64,000 bases of DNA from an uncultured Candidatus Saccharibacteria bacterium (GCA_964648765.1 CAZYLF010000002.1:3537-67536); one strand, 5' to 3'; counted from the stretch's first letter, positions 46,013 through 55,009 are shown. Numbers and translations are program-made. The notes: generated by a model not told the origin, from the sequence alone.

Positions 46013-46318
46013 ATGCAAAACAAATCAATTAAGAATGCCATATTCGCGGCGGTTTATATTGCCGTGGTGGCAACAGTGATGTTTTATGGACCAAAATTAG
46101 CTGGCAAAGAGAACACTCCCGACACACTCCTCGCCCCTATCGCCATGATCTCCCTCCTCACGCTCTCCGTGGCTGTGATGGGTTATCTCTTCTTCTGGAC
46201 CCCGTTCGAACTTTACCAAAGTGGTGATAAATTGGGCGCCGTCAAAACCTTACTCCACACTATCGCTACATTTGGAGTTATCACCGTCATCTTTTTGGCG
46301 TTGCTGATTTTGATTTAA
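46013..46318 (+). CDS. small membrane protein, 101 aa
   Basis: Three TM helices; its 3' end is duplicated at 46979-47050. Confidence 0.5.
   Translation: MQNKSIKNAIFAAVYIAVVATVMFYGPKLAGKENTPDTLLAPIAMISLLTLSVAVMGYLFFWTPFELYQSGDKLGAVKTLLHTIATFGVITVIFLALLILI
46249..46318 (+). repeat. duplicated segment copy 1 (3' end of the 46013 gene)
   Basis: ctactccacactatcgctacatttggagttatcaccgtcatctttttggcgttgctgattttgatttaa. Confidence 0.8.
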
Positions 46319-46440
46319 GAGGCCTAAGGTTGAAAGTTAAACGTATTGACAAATAATTGCCGGTATGCTAGTCTGATTATTGCGGTTTTCTCTCTCCGCG
46401 AAACAGAGAGTGCTCTTTTATAGGAAGGAAAGGAGTTTCA

Positions 46441-46668
46441 ATGAATCTTGAGCTTGTGATTTTGTTGGTGCTGTATGCCCTCTTGGTTATTGGTGCAGTA
46501 CTCCTTGAGATATCTATAAGGGTTCTCAAGAGAAGTTGCGATTTTCCCAAATATCGCCGAATCTCGAGATGGGGTTGGCGAATCATAACAATCGCAATTA
46601 TGGGCATAAGTTTGCACATGGGCATCTTCATCTGGGTACATGACATACCCACCCCGTGGTTACCGTAA
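46441..46668 (+). CDS. small membrane protein, 75 aa
   Basis: RBS aaaggag; two TM helices. Confidence 0.45.
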   Translation: MNLELVILLVLYALLVIGAVLLEISIRVLKRSCDFPKYRRISRWGWRIITIAIMGISLHMGIFIWVHDIPTPWLP

Positions 46669-46708
46669 ACAAAATTTACTACCGCTTTTAGCTGAAAGGA
46701 GATAGGGA

Positions 46709-46894
46709 GTGACAATACTTTCTAAGTTCTTCAGACTTTTGCACGCAGTGTTCGTGTATTTTGTTTACGATTCACACAAACACAAGTGCCCTAACTGTAG
46801 TCATATATGGGAGCATGGTGACGAGTGTGCTGGGAGCCGAGAAGAACACACCTGTGTAAAATGCGGCACCCTTCAGTGTGAGAAGTACTTCTAA
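46709..46894 (+). CDS. small zinc-ribbon protein, 61 aa (GTG start)
   Basis: RBS aaaggag; CPNC…C…CVKC. Confidence 0.45.
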   Translation: MTILSKFFRLLHAVFVYFVYDSHKHKCPNCSHIWEHGDECAGSREEHTCVKCGTLQCEKYF

Positions 46895-46978
46895 ATATTA
46901 GAACATCAGTAAATCCATCAGGATTAACGAGGCCCTAGCGATAATATCAACGGGGCATTTTTCTTTTTTTAAATTCGC

Positions 46979-47050
46979 TACTCTTCCACACTATCGCTAC
47001 ATTTGGAGTTATCACCGTCATCTTTTTGGCGTTACTGATTTTGGTTTAAG
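46979..47050 (+). repeat. duplicated segment copy 2 (orphan gene-3'-end fragment, ~95% identical to 46249-46318)
   Basis: ctactcttccacactatcgctacatttggagttatcaccgtcatctttttggcgttactgattttggtttaa with no upstream ORF. Confidence 0.8.
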
Positions 47051-47117
47051 TTGACTTATTTATTTGATATGGTAGTATAGATATCGGCAATAGTGCCTTG
47101 AAAGAAAGAGGAAAAAG

Positions 47118-47411
47118 GTGGCGACAAGATTAGATCAAGACCTTGCAAATTTCCGGAACAAGTCTAGCTACTGGGAGCACGATGGAGCGTTCTCTGTTGA
47201 ACTTACGCCTGAGGCAGACATGGGCATTGTACCAAGCAGCGCAGAGATTCGCGGCAACACTGTCCATGTTCGACAAGGAAGAATCAAGCAAAAAATGGGC
47301 GCAATTCAATTTCATTCTGTCGAATCTCCATTTTATTGGGGTTACAAGTTTATCAAGGTCATCCGCGATGGAGATGGGAACTTACTTTGGGTAAATTATG
47401 ATCACAGATGA
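47118..47411 (+). CDS. hypothetical protein, 97 aa (GTG start)
   Basis: RBS agaggaaaaagg. Confidence 0.45.
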   Translation: MATRLDQDLANFRNKSSYWEHDGAFSVELTPEADMGIVPSSAEIRGNTVHVRQGRIKQKMGAIQFHSVESPFYWGYKFIKVIRDGDGNLLWVNYDHR

Positions 47412-47438
47412 TTCATGTCTGTCCATGGCCTACAATCA

Positions 47439-47480
47439 CCGGGCGTTAGCTTCGCTAACGCCCGGTTTTTTCTTTTTCTC
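47439..47480 (+). terminator. rho-independent terminator
   Basis: ccgggcgttagcttcgctaacgcccgg hairpin plus T-run. Confidence 0.75.
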
Positions 47481-47518
47481 ATTTGCCACTCATCCACAAA
47501 TAAGCTAACTTTAAACAA

Positions 47519-47896
47519 ATGCCACCGGAAAAAGATAAAAAGAGATTGTGGAGGGAGAGGAAGTTTATAGACATGTGGTCATTGGTGCACTTGTTCGCCG
47601 GCTTTGCGATTTGTGGTGCCTTAATGCTTTTAAATATTGAGGTCTACATTGCTTCGGCCATAGCCGTAGCCCTCTTAGTAAGTTGGGAAATTACGGAGAT
47701 TGTCACCAGAATTCACGAGCATGCATCCAACAGCTTAAGCGACGTGATCGTAGGTTACGCCGGCTTCTTCATCGCTCAACTTTACGTCTTCGCCTTTGGC
47801 GCCACCATGACTTGGCAACTCCCCCTCACCGTCGCCATCATCGCCATCGCCCTCGAAGTTTGGGGTGTCATCGACTTTTTGAATCGAAAGAGGTGA
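47519..47896 (+). CDS. small membrane protein, 125 aa
   Basis: Four TM helices. Confidence 0.5.
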   Translation: MPPEKDKKRLWRERKFIDMWSLVHLFAGFAICGALMLLNIEVYIASAIAVALLVSWEITEIVTRIHEHASNSLSDVIVGYAGFFIAQLYVFAFGATMTWQLPLTVAIIAIALEVWGVIDFLNRKR

Positions 47897-47933
47897 TTTA
47901 TGAATCCCGGTCGGTTGAAGTTAGAGATGTTTT

Positions 47934-48377
47934 TTGAGTATAATTATCCAAATGAGATTTTCTCGATTTTATTATCTCTACTGCTTAGTGTTTATTTTTG
48001 CTATCCCGGCACTCGCCCTAGGCTACCTAATTTATCCACTCATCGATAAGCAAAATCTATTAATCTTTATGATTGGGATAACCATTATAGGTAGTCTATG
48101 GGATGTTTGGGCCACTCGCCATGGCAAACGTGACCCAGTCTGGTTATGGCAGTTTAATAAAAAAGATACTCTCGGGCTAACGTTTTTGGGCTTACCAATC
48201 GAGGAGTATCTGTTTTATCTGGTCACTAGCGGTTACATTATTTTTACCTGGGAGTCCTTGAGGCTAGTCCAGGAGCTACCCGTGATGCAAACAATATTAC
48301 CTTGTGTGGCCGTTTGGACTTTATTTTTTATCGGCCTACCTTATGCTGTGGGGTATAAAAACAAGGATAAATTTTAA
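47934..48377 (+). CDS. lycopene-cyclase-domain (CrtYcd-like) membrane protein
   Basis: LPIEEYLFYL matches the PxEE(x)2FF motif of lycopene cyclase domain proteins. Confidence 0.5.
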   Translation: MSIIIQMRFSRFYYLYCLVFIFAIPALALGYLIYPLIDKQNLLIFMIGITIIGSLWDVWATRHGKRDPVWLWQFNKKDTLGLTFLGLPIEEYLFYLVTSGYIIFTWESLRLVQELPVMQTILPCVAVWTLFFIGLPYAVGYKNKDKF

Positions 48378-48379
48378 TT

Positions 48380-49156
48380 ATGAACAAGAAAAATAACACA
48401 TCGTGGGGGAAGGTGGCGGAGTGGTATGGTGAATATTTGGAAGGTGATGACACTTACCAAAGTAAAGTAATTTTGCCGAACTTAATTCGGCTTTTGAGCG
48501 ATCAAAAAAATAAAGAAAACCTGCCTGGCTCGCAGAGACGGGTTTTAGACCTCGCCTGTGGCCAGGGATTTTTTACAAAAGAAATCACAAAGCTCGGCGC
48601 CAACTGCGTTGGCGCCGACATTTCTCCTGAATTAATCGCGCAAGCGCGCAAACTTGTTCCTACCGCCAGTTTTTATATTACATCTGCCTCTGCACTCGCC
48701 TTTGCCAAGGATGGTGAATTCGATCTCGCCTACTGCATTCTCGCTCTCCAAAATATTGAAGACATCGCCAAAACTTTCGCCGAAGTGAAGCGAGTATTGA
48801 AGCCCGGCGGAAGATTCATCATGGTGCTTAATCACCCCACCTTCCGTGTGATTAAAGGTTCGAGTTGGGGTTATGACCCTGAAAATAATGCGCAATATCG
48901 TCGCATAGACACTTATCTCACCGCCGGCAAATTTGGCATTGAGATGAATCCCGGCGCGGAGAAAGTTGAACAAACCATCTCCTACCATCGCTCGCTCCAA
49001 GACTTCTTCAAACCGCTCACCAAAGCCGGGCTCAGTGTTACCCGCCTCGAGGAGTGGGTCTCACATAAAAAGAGCGCCCCCGGCCCCCGCCAAAAAGCTG
49101 AAGATAAAGCCCGCAAAGAGATTCCCCTGTTCTTAATGCTTGAAGCGCGAGGTTAA
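48380..49156 (+). CDS. class I SAM-dependent methyltransferase
   Basis: Motif I VLDLACGQGFF; post-I acidic residue D. Confidence 0.75.
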   Translation: MNKKNNTSWGKVAEWYGEYLEGDDTYQSKVILPNLIRLLSDQKNKENLPGSQRRVLDLACGQGFFTKEITKLGANCVGADISPELIAQARKLVPTASFYITSASALAFAKDGEFDLAYCILALQNIEDIAKTFAEVKRVLKPGGRFIMVLNHPTFRVIKGSSWGYDPENNAQYRRIDTYLTAGKFGIEMNPGAEKVEQTISYHRSLQDFFKPLTKAGLSVTRLEEWVSHKKSAPGPRQKAEDKARKEIPLFLMLEARG

Positions 49157-49203
49157 GTGTGGTAGTTATAGATGAGCAATGTTCATTTTTTTGGAGATAT
49201 AGA

Positions 49204-49569
49204 ATGTTGAATTTGGTAATTACCTTTAGGGAAAAAATCGTGCGCTTAGTTTCTAAGGGTGAAGGTGAGGTCAAAACTATCGTGGTGGCAACCGGAGAAG
49301 TGGTAGAGGCCACGGGAGAAGAGAAAGCAAAATTCGCTAAGTTTCCATTAGTTGGTGATAGTTACGCGGCTGGACCTGGGGCCGTTTACCCTGAGGATAT
49401 AATTAAACATTTCGACGAAGAAAGAAACTCCCTCACTTTTGAGAAAGGTTGGACTATATCAGGAGATGGGAAGATCTTCAGGATCACCTGTCCTGGTCGG
49501 AACATTGGGCGACTGCAATGCAATCTCCTGACTGAAAACATTGTGAGTATAAACTTCGTCAACTCCTAG
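49204..49569 (+). CDS. hypothetical protein, 121 aa
   Basis: The start is set at MLNLV after ggag; the ORF track start at 49159 is a GTG without an RBS. Confidence 0.45.
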   Translation: MLNLVITFREKIVRLVSKGEGEVKTIVVATGEVVEATGEEKAKFAKFPLVGDSYAAGPGAVYPEDIIKHFDEERNSLTFEKGWTISGDGKIFRITCPGRNIGRLQCNLLTENIVSINFVNS

Positions 49570-49589
49570 TTTCGTCTGTTAACCCAGAG

Positions 49590-49616
49590 CTCCGCAACAC
49601 ATCGCGGAGTTTTTTT
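49590..49616 (+). terminator. rho-independent terminator
   Basis: ctccgcaacacatcgcggag hairpin plus T7. Confidence 0.65.
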
Positions 49617-49639
49617 AAAAATAAAAATGGGGCTGGTCA

Positions 49640-49675
49640 TAAAATAAATTATGACCAGCCCCGTAAATTTCCAAT
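49640..49675 (-). terminator. rho-independent terminator (minus strand)
   Basis: ggggctggtcat…atgaccagcccc hairpin with a T-run on the minus strand. Confidence 0.65.
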
Positions 49676-49677
49676 AA

Positions 49678-50205
49678 CTACTTGCGACACATAGCACCGA
49701 GCAAGATGCCAAACGGTGGCATACCAAATCCCAAGCCGCCAATCGAGATTTCTGGTTCAGGTTCCTGAGGTATGGCTACAATTTGCCAACCCTTACGAAT
49801 GCCAATGTCCCCGCTTTTTTTATCCACCTTCTCTTGGCTTTCGGGAGGCAACTCCTCCCTCAAAGCAGCCCAAAAGAGGTTATCAATGGCGCTCTTTCTA
49901 GCAATGATGGATTCAATTTCACGCAGAGCTTTAGAAGCCATACTCCTGACGGACTCACCGTCATCCTCTCGGCCAGATCTGCTCTTTTCAGTTATTAGAT
50001 CCTCAGCATCACGTGCCAACTTCCTGGACATTTCCAAGATAGAATCAGTAAGAGTAAGACGCACGGTGTTCATGCGGCGAAGATCTGGGCTCTCCAACAC
50101 ACCAATTACTTCGTCACCTTCCTGAATATCATCAGGCGGCTCCATGATATCTGCCGGCCTGATAGACGCCATTGCATCTCGCAACCATCCCATTAACTTT
50201 GACAT
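49678..50205 (-). CDS. member B of the 3-copy paralogous family (unknown function)
   Basis: MSKLMGWLRD…EVIGVLESPDL…IGIRKGWQIVAI; placed upstream of the AAA ATPase. Confidence 0.6.
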   Translation of the reverse strand: MSKLMGWLRDAMASIRPADIMEPPDDIQEGDEVIGVLESPDLRRMNTVRLTLTDSILEMSRKLARDAEDLITEKSRSGREDDGESVRSMASKALREIESIIARKSAIDNLFWAALREELPPESQEKVDKKSGDIGIRKGWQIVAIPQEPEPEISIGGLGFGMPPFGILLGAMCRK

Positions 50206-50295
50206 GACTTGCCTCCCACTTAAATGTACATAGACAGATCTCCTTGATCTATCTCCGCTAATACAACTACCATACCCGGTGAGTTTATGTCAACT

Positions 50296-50334
50296 ACAAA
50301 AAAACGGGCCTGTCCGTGAAAACGAACAGGCCCG
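50296..50334 (-). terminator. rho-independent terminator (minus strand) after AAA ATPase gene
   Basis: cgggcctgttcgttttcacggacaggcccg hairpin plus T-run on the minus strand. Confidence 0.7.
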
Positions 50335-50363
50335 CGTACTAACTACAAAGAACAAAAAGTGGA

Positions 50364-51893
50364 TCAGCTAGCCGCAACGGCATGAGCACGACCATTACTG
50401 GCCACCTCCTCGCGAAGCGAGTCTGCAATACCACCAAGGGCATCAGCCAGAACTTGGCGGTGAACATGTGTCGTGTCCACCTTCTGGGGTTGGAAGAGAT
50501 TGAACTCGTCCGTAACCTCTTTGGCAACTGCGGCCAAATCCTCACCAGTGATCAAACCACCAACATCTCCAGTCCGACGGATCGACTCCAAGCGAGCTCG
50601 ACCCACCGTCTCACGCACTCGAGCGGGTACCTGACCAGCCAAAATAGACTTGGCCAAATCAAGATCTGTCCCCGGCTCAAGAGCCTCACCAGTGAACTCT
50701 TCAATCATCCGACCAACAGTTTCTTCATCGGGAGGCTTGACCTCAAGCACGAGATCAATACGACCAGGGCGCCGCATAGCAGCGTTAATCCGATCAGCAT
50801 GATTTGACGTAACAATCGTCATGATCTTGACGGCCTTGCCATCAATACCATCGAGCTGATTGAGGAGCTGGTTGACTGACTCGGTCCGCTCCAAACCAGC
50901 AATTCGATCCACATCTTCAGCAAACACCACCACTGGTTGATACTGCTGCGCATAACGCAGCGCCATCGGCAGTTCCGCTGAATTCTTGACGTAGATGAAG
51001 GTCCAGCCAGCCGCCGTTGCCGCGCGAGCCACATGACTCGCAAGCAACGTCTTGCCAACACCGTACTCACCCACAAAAGCCACACCACGCTTAAGCGACT
51101 CGCCCTTCGCCGCCAACTTTTCAGCATGACGGATCGGGACAAAGATATTGCGCTCAATCGCAGTGGAGAGCTCTCGACTAAAAATCGGTTGCTCGGGAGT
51201 GAGGCGGAAGAACTTGGGCATCGGCATCTTGATCGGTTGACCCGACTCATCATTGAAGGCAATGCTGAAGGCCTTGCCGCGATGCAAACTCTCCTTTTCT
51301 GCAATGTCTCGGATTGTGTCGAGCAAACGACGCAACCGCGACTCAAATCGACGTTCACATTTCACCTCGCACTGGAACACCATCCGACCATCCTTCATGG
51401 TCACACCAGTAGAGATGGTCGCCCCAGACATCGTGGCGAGAGCGAAAGTTCCCCAAGGTACTGAGGTGGTTTTCCCTACACCAATTTCAACATCAAATTG
51501 AGTTGGTGGGCAGCAACCAGCATCGCAACCGTTGTGGATCACCACGCCGAGTTCCCGCTGCAAGGCCTCGCGCAAAGCATAGGCCCCATCCCAAGGTGAT
51601 ACAGGCAGTTCAGTCACAAATCTGACCACTTGCCCTTCACTCTGCTGTTGACGCTTAAGAGCACTGATCACTTCTCCCAGATCCGCCCCCTCGGGAATCA
51701 AGATCTTGTCGCCCTCGCGGACAACTGTGGGATTGTAGACCTTGCCGTCTCCGGCAGTGCCACCAGCAAGTACCGCCAGAGCATTTACAAGACCTTGCGC
51801 CCGAGCGTCTCCACCAAACATCTTCCTGAGCATTTCCACTTCGTTCGACATAACTACGCTACTCCTTTCGTCATCTGTAACGCTCCTTAACAC
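50364..51893 (-). CDS. classical-clade AAA ATPase with ~250-aa N-terminal domain
   Basis: Walker A GEYGVGKTLLA, Walker B VVVFAEDVD and second region of homology TSNHADRINAAMRRPGRID. Confidence 0.85.
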   Translation of the reverse strand: MLRSVTDDERSSVVMSNEVEMLRKMFGGDARAQGLVNALAVLAGGTAGDGKVYNPTVVREGDKILIPEGADLGEVISALKRQQQSEGQVVRFVTELPVSPWDGAYALREALQRELGVVIHNGCDAGCCPPTQFDVEIGVGKTTSVPWGTFALATMSGATISTGVTMKDGRMVFQCEVKCERRFESRLRRLLDTIRDIAEKESLHRGKAFSIAFNDESGQPIKMPMPKFFRLTPEQPIFSRELSTAIERNIFVPIRHAEKLAAKGESLKRGVAFVGEYGVGKTLLASHVARAATAAGWTFIYVKNSAELPMALRYAQQYQPVVVFAEDVDRIAGLERTESVNQLLNQLDGIDGKAVKIMTIVTSNHADRINAAMRRPGRIDLVLEVKPPDEETVGRMIEEFTGEALEPGTDLDLAKSILAGQVPARVRETVGRARLESIRRTGDVGGLITGEDLAAVAKEVTDEFNLFQPQKVDTTHVHRQVLADALGGIADSLREEVASNGRAHAVAAS

Positions 51894-51909
51894 CTGGACC
51901 GCCCAAGCA

Positions 51910-52386
51910 TTAACTTACGTTTACACCTTGGTTCAATTCTTTTGCAACAATTTCCACCATACGGCGAACCACCAAAAGCCGAGCTTCACAATTATCGGGC
52001 AGACCGTCTATAAGTTCATCTGCCTCATCGATTGTGTTAATGTCGCCCAACTTTTGGGTAACCAATTGCTGAAGCTTGATTCGTAAAACCAATATCTCGG
52101 GGACATCAAGTCTCCAATCATTGAGGAAATCAGAAAGTTCAGATATGTCGGTATCTATTTCTAAATACCGACGAAGAACTACACTCCTGACCTCACTTCC
52201 AGCCGGACACTGATTGTACAGATAGTTTACACCACTAAGAGTTACTGCTTCCGGGATTCCCCTAATAATATCTTCTTGTTCCTCAAAAGGTAAACCTAGC
52301 GCAACAAGGACCTCTGAATGATTAATGTAGCTCGACTCAATGTCAATTTTACCAGCAATGGCTTCGGCTTCATCTTTAGTCCACAA
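51910..52386 (-). CDS. hypothetical acidic protein, 158 aa (first gene of operon with the AAA ATPase)
   Basis: There is a 16-nt gap to the ATPase gene; no recognised domain. Confidence 0.5.
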   Translation of the reverse strand: MWTKDEAEAIAGKIDIESSYINHSEVLVALGLPFEEQEDIIRGIPEAVTLSGVNYLYNQCPAGSEVRSVVLRRYLEIDTDISELSDFLNDWRLDVPEILVLRIKLQQLVTQKLGDINTIDEADELIDGLPDNCEARLLVVRRMVEIVAKELNQGVNVS

Positions 52387-52541
52387 AACATCCTCCCTTC
52401 TGAGTAAAATAGCCCGAAATCGACTGTCGATTTCAATGACCTGATCAACCTACACACCTAGCACGACTGTGTTTTTTTGTCAAATTCCACCGGCCCCCGC
52501 GGGGTATCACCTCAATGGGACTTTCATTATTTTAAATCAAT

Positions 52542-52570
52542 TTGACACTTATTTGTTTCTGAGTTAGTTA
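52542..52570 (+). promoter_or_regulatory. promoter TTGACA-N17-TAGTTA
   Basis: Consensus match upstream of paralog C. Confidence 0.55.
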
Positions 52571-52580
52571 TATAGATAGA

Positions 52581-52598
52581 GCAAATCACGTGATTTGC
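52581..52598. promoter_or_regulatory. perfect 18-bp palindrome GCAAATCACGTGATTTGC (candidate operator) between -10 and start codon
   Basis: Exact inverted repeat with a CACGTG core. Confidence 0.5.
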
Positions 52599-52625
52599 AA
52601 AGGACACTCATATAGGAGACGAGAC

Positions 52626-53102
52626 ATGCCAAATTTGATGAAGTGGCTGGGGGATGAATTGGAGACCATCAAGCAATCGGAGATTGAAGTTTCTCCCGGT
52701 GGCGATCTGGGAAGCGAAGAAGAAGAAGTCATCGGCAAACTCACCGACCCCTACCTCAAGAAGCTTTTTGTCTTTCGGACAATCTGGAGTGGTCGGTGCA
52801 AGACGGCAATGAGGGAACTCTCCCATCGAGCCGTTGAGATTATGGACGAGCCTCACAAAAAGGAGGACCATGACCCGACGACATGTGAAGAATGTTCGAT
52901 TAAGCGAGAGATGTTTATGATGCAGATAAAGTCAGAATTTATCAACAATTTCTTTTGGACGGCACTACGCCACGAGCTCACAGTCGAAGCGCAAGCTAAA
53001 ATGCTTGCGGCTGGTGGCCAGATTGGTGTTCTCAAAAACTGGGAAGTCGTAGCGGTCACTCCGACCCATCCGAACTTGAAAGAAATGCTGATGCGCACGT
53101 AA
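52626..53102 (+). CDS. member C of the 3-copy paralogous family (unknown function)
   Basis: MPNLMKWLGDE…EVIGKLTDPYLKKLFVF…IGVLKNWEVVAV. The start is set at the ATG after the aggagacgag RBS. Confidence 0.6.
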   Translation: MPNLMKWLGDELETIKQSEIEVSPGGDLGSEEEEVIGKLTDPYLKKLFVFRTIWSGRCKTAMRELSHRAVEIMDEPHKKEDHDPTTCEECSIKREMFMMQIKSEFINNFFWTALRHELTVEAQAKMLAAGGQIGVLKNWEVVAVTPTHPNLKEMLMRT

Positions 53103-53135
53103 CCCAACTACTAAATCGTTCTGTTTTCGATCACT

Positions 53136-53170
53136 GGCGACCGTATTACTACGGTCGCCTTTTTCTTTTC
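53136..53170 (+). terminator. rho-independent terminator
   Basis: ggcgaccgtattactacggtcgcc hairpin plus T-run. Confidence 0.75.
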
Positions 53171-53232
53171 CTCAAAATTTCTCAAATTTCTGCTACAATA
53201 AGCTAAAGTTTAAAAATTTAAATAAAATTAAT

Positions 53233-53613
53233 ATGGCAAAATATGTTGACGGATTTGTGCTTGTGGTGCCGGCGGATAAAGTGGCAGATTATAAAGTAAT
53301 GGCCGAGGAGGGCGCCAAAACTTGGATGGAGTGCGGGGCGTTAGAATATTATGAATGCCAGGGTGATGATCTCAAGCCTGCCAGCATGGGCCCAATGACA
53401 GCACTCTCCTTCCCCGAGCTCACCAACTTAAAGGACGGTGAGACGGTGTGGTTCTCGTTTATCACTTTCAACTCCCGCGAGCATCGCGATGAGGTTAATA
53501 AAAAAGTAATGGAGAAGATGGGCCAAGATGCCGAAAAGCACAAGGACTTCGTGATGCCCTTCGACATGAAGCGTATGGCCTACGGCGGCTTTAAGGTTGA
53601 GGTTAGTGGGTAG
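53233..53613 (+). CDS. DUF1428 family protein
   Basis: MAKYVDGFVLVVP… N-terminus is typical of DUF1428. Confidence 0.6.
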   Translation: MAKYVDGFVLVVPADKVADYKVMAEEGAKTWMECGALEYYECQGDDLKPASMGPMTALSFPELTNLKDGETVWFSFITFNSREHRDEVNKKVMEKMGQDAEKHKDFVMPFDMKRMAYGGFKVEVSG

Positions 53614-53766
53614 AGTTTCCCCCCTACAACTGCTTTACAAAGATTCTATCCTGTGGTAGCTTTGGGATTGGATATCTGTCATGTTGGCAGAACGCAAGCA
53701 ACTTATGGTGCTTGTAAGAGGAAAGCCCTTCCTAAACATGGGCAAGTTCTTGGCAAGGAGTTCCTT

Positions 53767-54162
53767 ATGGAACCTACAAAGAGGTTGGAAGTAGTTGGCG
53801 GACCATCAAAGTTCGATCTGATGAATGCGGTGTTTTTTAGAAAGCACCCGCGACAGTCGATCGAGCTGAAAATCTTGGATGAAAACGGCAAAGAAAAGAT
53901 AATCTCGTTTAATGTTGAATGCATTATGCCGTACGATCAAGGCAAGTCTCCTGGCGATGAAGGAAGTTCCTGGAGAATGTGTGGTTCAACGTACGATCTT
54001 GAATACAATCATCGGTCAGTCATAACGACTCACTGCCTACTCGATTACTCAACAAAAACCAGGGTTGGTTGGTTGGAGTCGTTAGGTCGTAAGTGGATGC
54101 GAGTCTACCACTCATTGGGCATTAAGTTTGCCTACGCAACAGAGGAAGATTTGTCTTGGTGA
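53767..54162 (+). CDS. hypothetical protein, 131 aa
   Basis: The start is set at MEPTK after aaggag; the track start at 53653 lacks an RBS. Confidence 0.45.
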   Translation: MEPTKRLEVVGGPSKFDLMNAVFFRKHPRQSIELKILDENGKEKIISFNVECIMPYDQGKSPGDEGSSWRMCGSTYDLEYNHRSVITTHCLLDYSTKTRVGWLESLGRKWMRVYHSLGIKFAYATEEDLSW

Positions 54163-54191
54163 ATAATTCCACCAATTAACTGAGCAAGATC

Positions 54192-54225
54192 GCCCCGCAA
54201 CTCACCGCGGGGCTTTTTTCTTTTC
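54192..54225 (+). terminator. rho-independent terminator
   Basis: gccccgcaactcaccgcggggc hairpin plus T-run; the same hairpin recurs at 54979. Confidence 0.75.
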
Positions 54226-54281
54226 TTTTCGATCTGTATCTTACTTCCACAACAGTCGTATAATCACTAAGATATTGAATA

Positions 54282-54309
54282 TTGACAAACTACCTAGGCA
54301 TGATAGTTT
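54282..54309 (+). promoter_or_regulatory. promoter TTGACA-N16-TAGTTT
   Basis: Consensus match. Confidence 0.5.
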
Positions 54310-54357
54310 GAAAGCAGAAATTGTGATCCAGAGTCATTCTGATTAAAGGAGGAGCGA

Positions 54358-54639
54358 ATGCCCCAAACTGTTTACTTGTGTGAAGTGTGTAAGGCTGTGT
54401 ATAAAAAACATGAAGACGCGGTGAAATGTGAAGCAAAAAAACCAAAGTATACTGTTGGTGAAAAAGTTTGTTTTGAATCTGCGGCGGGGGACCGCCTGGC
54501 TACCATAAAAGAGTGGTATGCCGAAGATCTCAGTTACCTTATGATAGATTGCACCCACGTAATAATGTATGTTGTCGAATGGGGAAGCGGCAGGATTGGT
54601 CGCGTCGCGGAAAATTTCCTTTCTCGCGCAACCCGTTAA
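54358..54639 (+). CDS. hypothetical Cys-containing small protein, 93 aa
   Basis: Strong RBS aaaggagga; CEVC…C. Confidence 0.5.
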   Translation: MPQTVYLCEVCKAVYKKHEDAVKCEAKKPKYTVGEKVCFESAAGDRLATIKEWYAEDLSYLMIDCTHVIMYVVEWGSGRIGRVAENFLSRATR

Positions 54640-54771
54640 TTGCTTCCTTCAGCAAAATTAACCGTCACATCTCTCAAGGTGCGGCGGTTTTTTCTTTTTA
54701 ATAAATGTCTAGTTGAAATCAATAAATAAATTAGTTACCTTAAATATGGAATAGTTCAAGAAAGGAGAACG

Positions 54772-54954
54772 ATGATGAGTCCACAATTACTGAAGTTGAT
54801 CGAGATGTCACGAGGTTACAAAATGAGCCGAGAGGAGAGACGGGCTCAGAGGGTCAGCTTTGCCTTTGGCAATGCGGCAATTGAGAATCCAAACATCACT
54901 CGCGAAATGGTAGAAAAGGAGGATCAAAAAATCCACCCTGAAGATTACAAGTAA
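54772..54954 (+). CDS. hypothetical small protein, 60 aa
   Basis: RBS gaaaggag. Confidence 0.45.
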   Translation: MMSPQLLKLIEMSRGYKMSREERRAQRVSFAFGNAAIENPNITREMVEKEDQKIHPEDYK

Positions 54955-54978
54955 CACAAAGTATTCACCTACCACCAA

Positions 54979-55009
54979 GCCCCGCAACTCACCGCGGGGC
55001 TTTTTCTTT
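54979..55009 (+). terminator. rho-independent terminator
   Basis: gccccgcaactcaccgcggggc hairpin plus T-run. Confidence 0.75.

Noticed and set aside
50819-51501. ORFs 50819-51358 (minus strand), 51033-51464 and 51253-51501 (plus strand) inside the AAA ATPase gene
   Set aside because: They are alternative-frame or antisense ORFs within a gene that has canonical Walker A/B and SRH motifs; Arg/Ser-rich translations from GC-rich DNA.
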